Program-made: the position numbers and the translations under genes
From: an uncultured Spirochaetaceae bacterium
GTDB taxonomy: Bacteria; Spirochaetota; Spirochaetia; DSM-27196; SLST01
NCBI GenBank assembly: GCA_964458555.1
Contig: CAYWJH010000004.1
Coordinates: 12,379-76,378 of the forward strand
DNA: 64,000 bases
Reading direction: 5' to 3'
The notes under the pieces: generated by a model
What the model was told of the DNA's origin: nothing
Seen by the model: only the letters and a program-made list of their open reading frames with translations
Database searches by the model: none
Shown: positions 63,149-64,000 of the stretch, one piece after another
Numbering within the stretch: position 1 is the stretch's first letter
Layout of the letters: every line of letters starts with the position of its first letter

Positions 63149-64000
63149 ATGGATGCACGCATCGGCGAGCTCGCCGCGCTGGGAACCGCGCTCTGCTGGA
63201 CCGTCACGGCGCTCTCCTTCGAGGCCGCCGGCAAGCGGATCGGGTCGCTCACCGTCAACATCATCCGACTCGTGATGGCCGCGGCGCTCTTCGCGCTCTA
63301 CGGCTGGCTCGTCCGCGGGATGGCTATCCCGCTCGACGCGTCGGCCTACGCGTGGACCTGGCTCGGGCTGTCCGGGCTCGTCGGATTCGTGATCGGCGAC
63401 CTGTTTCTCTTCCAGGCGTTCGTCGACATTGGCGCGCGGGTGAGCATGCTGATCTACTCGTCGGTACCGCCGTTGACCGCGCTCATGGCGCGCTTCGTAC
63501 TGGACGAACGGCTCACCGCGCAGGGGATTGTCGGCATGGCGCTCACCGTCGCCGGTATCGCGATCGTGGTGCTTCGCCGGCCGGCTCGGGCGCCGCGGCC
63601 CGCGCCGGTCGAAGCCGCGTTGCCGACACAGGCGGGCCGGTCCTCACCTCGCGCCTCCGCCGCACGCCACCCCCACCACATCCGCGGCGCCCTCTTCGCC
63701 TTCGGCGGCGCGCTCGGCCAGGCCGGCGGGCTCATCCTCGGACGCCTCGGCGCCGGCGTGACGCTCAATCCGTTTGCCGCGACGCAGATCCGCGTCTTCG
63801 CCGGGATCATCGGCTTCGCGCTCGTGTTCACACTCGCACGACGCTGGCGCACGGTCGCGGGCGCCGTCCGCGACGCCGGCGCGATGCGCCGGGTGAGCCT
63901 GGGCGCGTTCTTCGGGCCCTTCCTGGGGGTGTCGCTGGGGCTCTACGCGGCGCAGAACACGAGCGCCGGCATCGCCTCCACGATCATGGCGCTCGTGCCG
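63149..64000 (+). CDS. DMT-superfamily (EamA) transporter; 3' end lies outside the window
   Basis: Not in the ORF track (no stop). My translation from ATG 63149 reads MDARIGELAALGTALCWTVTALSFEAAGKRIGSLTVNIIRL..LIYSSVPPLTALMARFVLDERL... Two EamA-like halves are separated by a Pro/Ala/Arg linker. Confidence 0.75.
   Translation, partial: MDARIGELAALGTALCWTVTALSFEAAGKRIGSLTVNIIRLVMAAALFALYGWLVRGMAIPLDASAYAWTWLGLSGLVGFVIGDLFLFQAFVDIGARVSMLIYSSVPPLTALMARFVLDERLTAQGIVGMALTVAGIAIVVLRRPARAPRPAPVEAALPTQAGRSSPRASAARHPHHIRGALFAFGGALGQAGGLILGRLGAGVTLNPFAATQIRVFAGIIGFALVFTLARRWRTVAGAVRDAGAMRRVSLGAFFGPFLGVSLGLYAAQNTSAGIASTIMALVP

Noticed and set aside
62394-63158. 254-aa minus-strand ORF overlapping 62456-63061 in another frame
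   Set aside because: It is Arg/Pro/His-rich with no hydrophobic helices. The alternative 201-aa frame gives six clean TM helices.
1-64000. Search by eye for tRNA, rRNA, transposase/integrase, prophage genes and cas genes
   Set aside because: No intergenic gap is long enough or has cloverleaf-like complementarity for a tRNA. No translation showed DDE or tyrosine/serine-recombinase motifs or Cas signatures. Absence cannot be proven without tRNAscan or Infernal.

Overview
High-GC bacterial chromosomal segment. Hand-counted 60-nt samples give about 63-70% GC in most genes. Coding is dense on both strands, with about 62 CDS and many 1-, 4-, 8- or 17-nt start/stop overlaps. I recognised no rRNA, tRNA, CRISPR array, transposase or integrase. 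Stop codons are rare at this GC, so the ORF track is dominated by long spurious antisense or out-of-frame ORFs. I chose frames by recognisable protein families, signal peptides and lipoboxes, and start-codon context checked in the nucleotide sequence. The ORF track also prints GTG/TTG starts as M. Content: housekeeping genes (ftsH, trxB, rnr, rlmE, thyX, ppk1, ppx, aspS, gatCAB); c-di-GMP signalling (three GGDEF/EAL proteins); one MCP; many lipoproteins; several DMT/EamA transporters; an NfeD plus two-SPFH operon; and two toxin-antitoxin modules (MNT/HEPN on a low-GC islet, Phd-like/VapC). Four things deserve a second look. (1) At 21.2-26.7 kb there is a block matching the parts list of flavin-based extracellular electron transfer: a long NDH-2 with an extra membrane domain, a polyprenyl synthase, an ApbE flavin transferase, a flavinylatable FMN-binding lipoprotein and a DUF1312/NusG-II protein. 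(2) gatB continues in frame into a C-terminal type-I-asparaginase/GatD-like domain whose nucleophile Thr is replaced by Ala, inside a gatC-gatA-gatB-aspS operon with an archaeal-type AspRS. (3) At 57.4-62.4 kb five overlapping genes form a cassette of unknown role: bPH/TerB-like AAA+ ATPase, SDR, NudC Nudix hydrolase, a 48-aa TM peptide and a D12-class adenine methyltransferase, sitting beside VapBC. (4) An overlapping polyprenol-kinase/DUF92 pair resembles VTE5/VTE6. All family calls come from reading translations and remembered motifs. No search was run.
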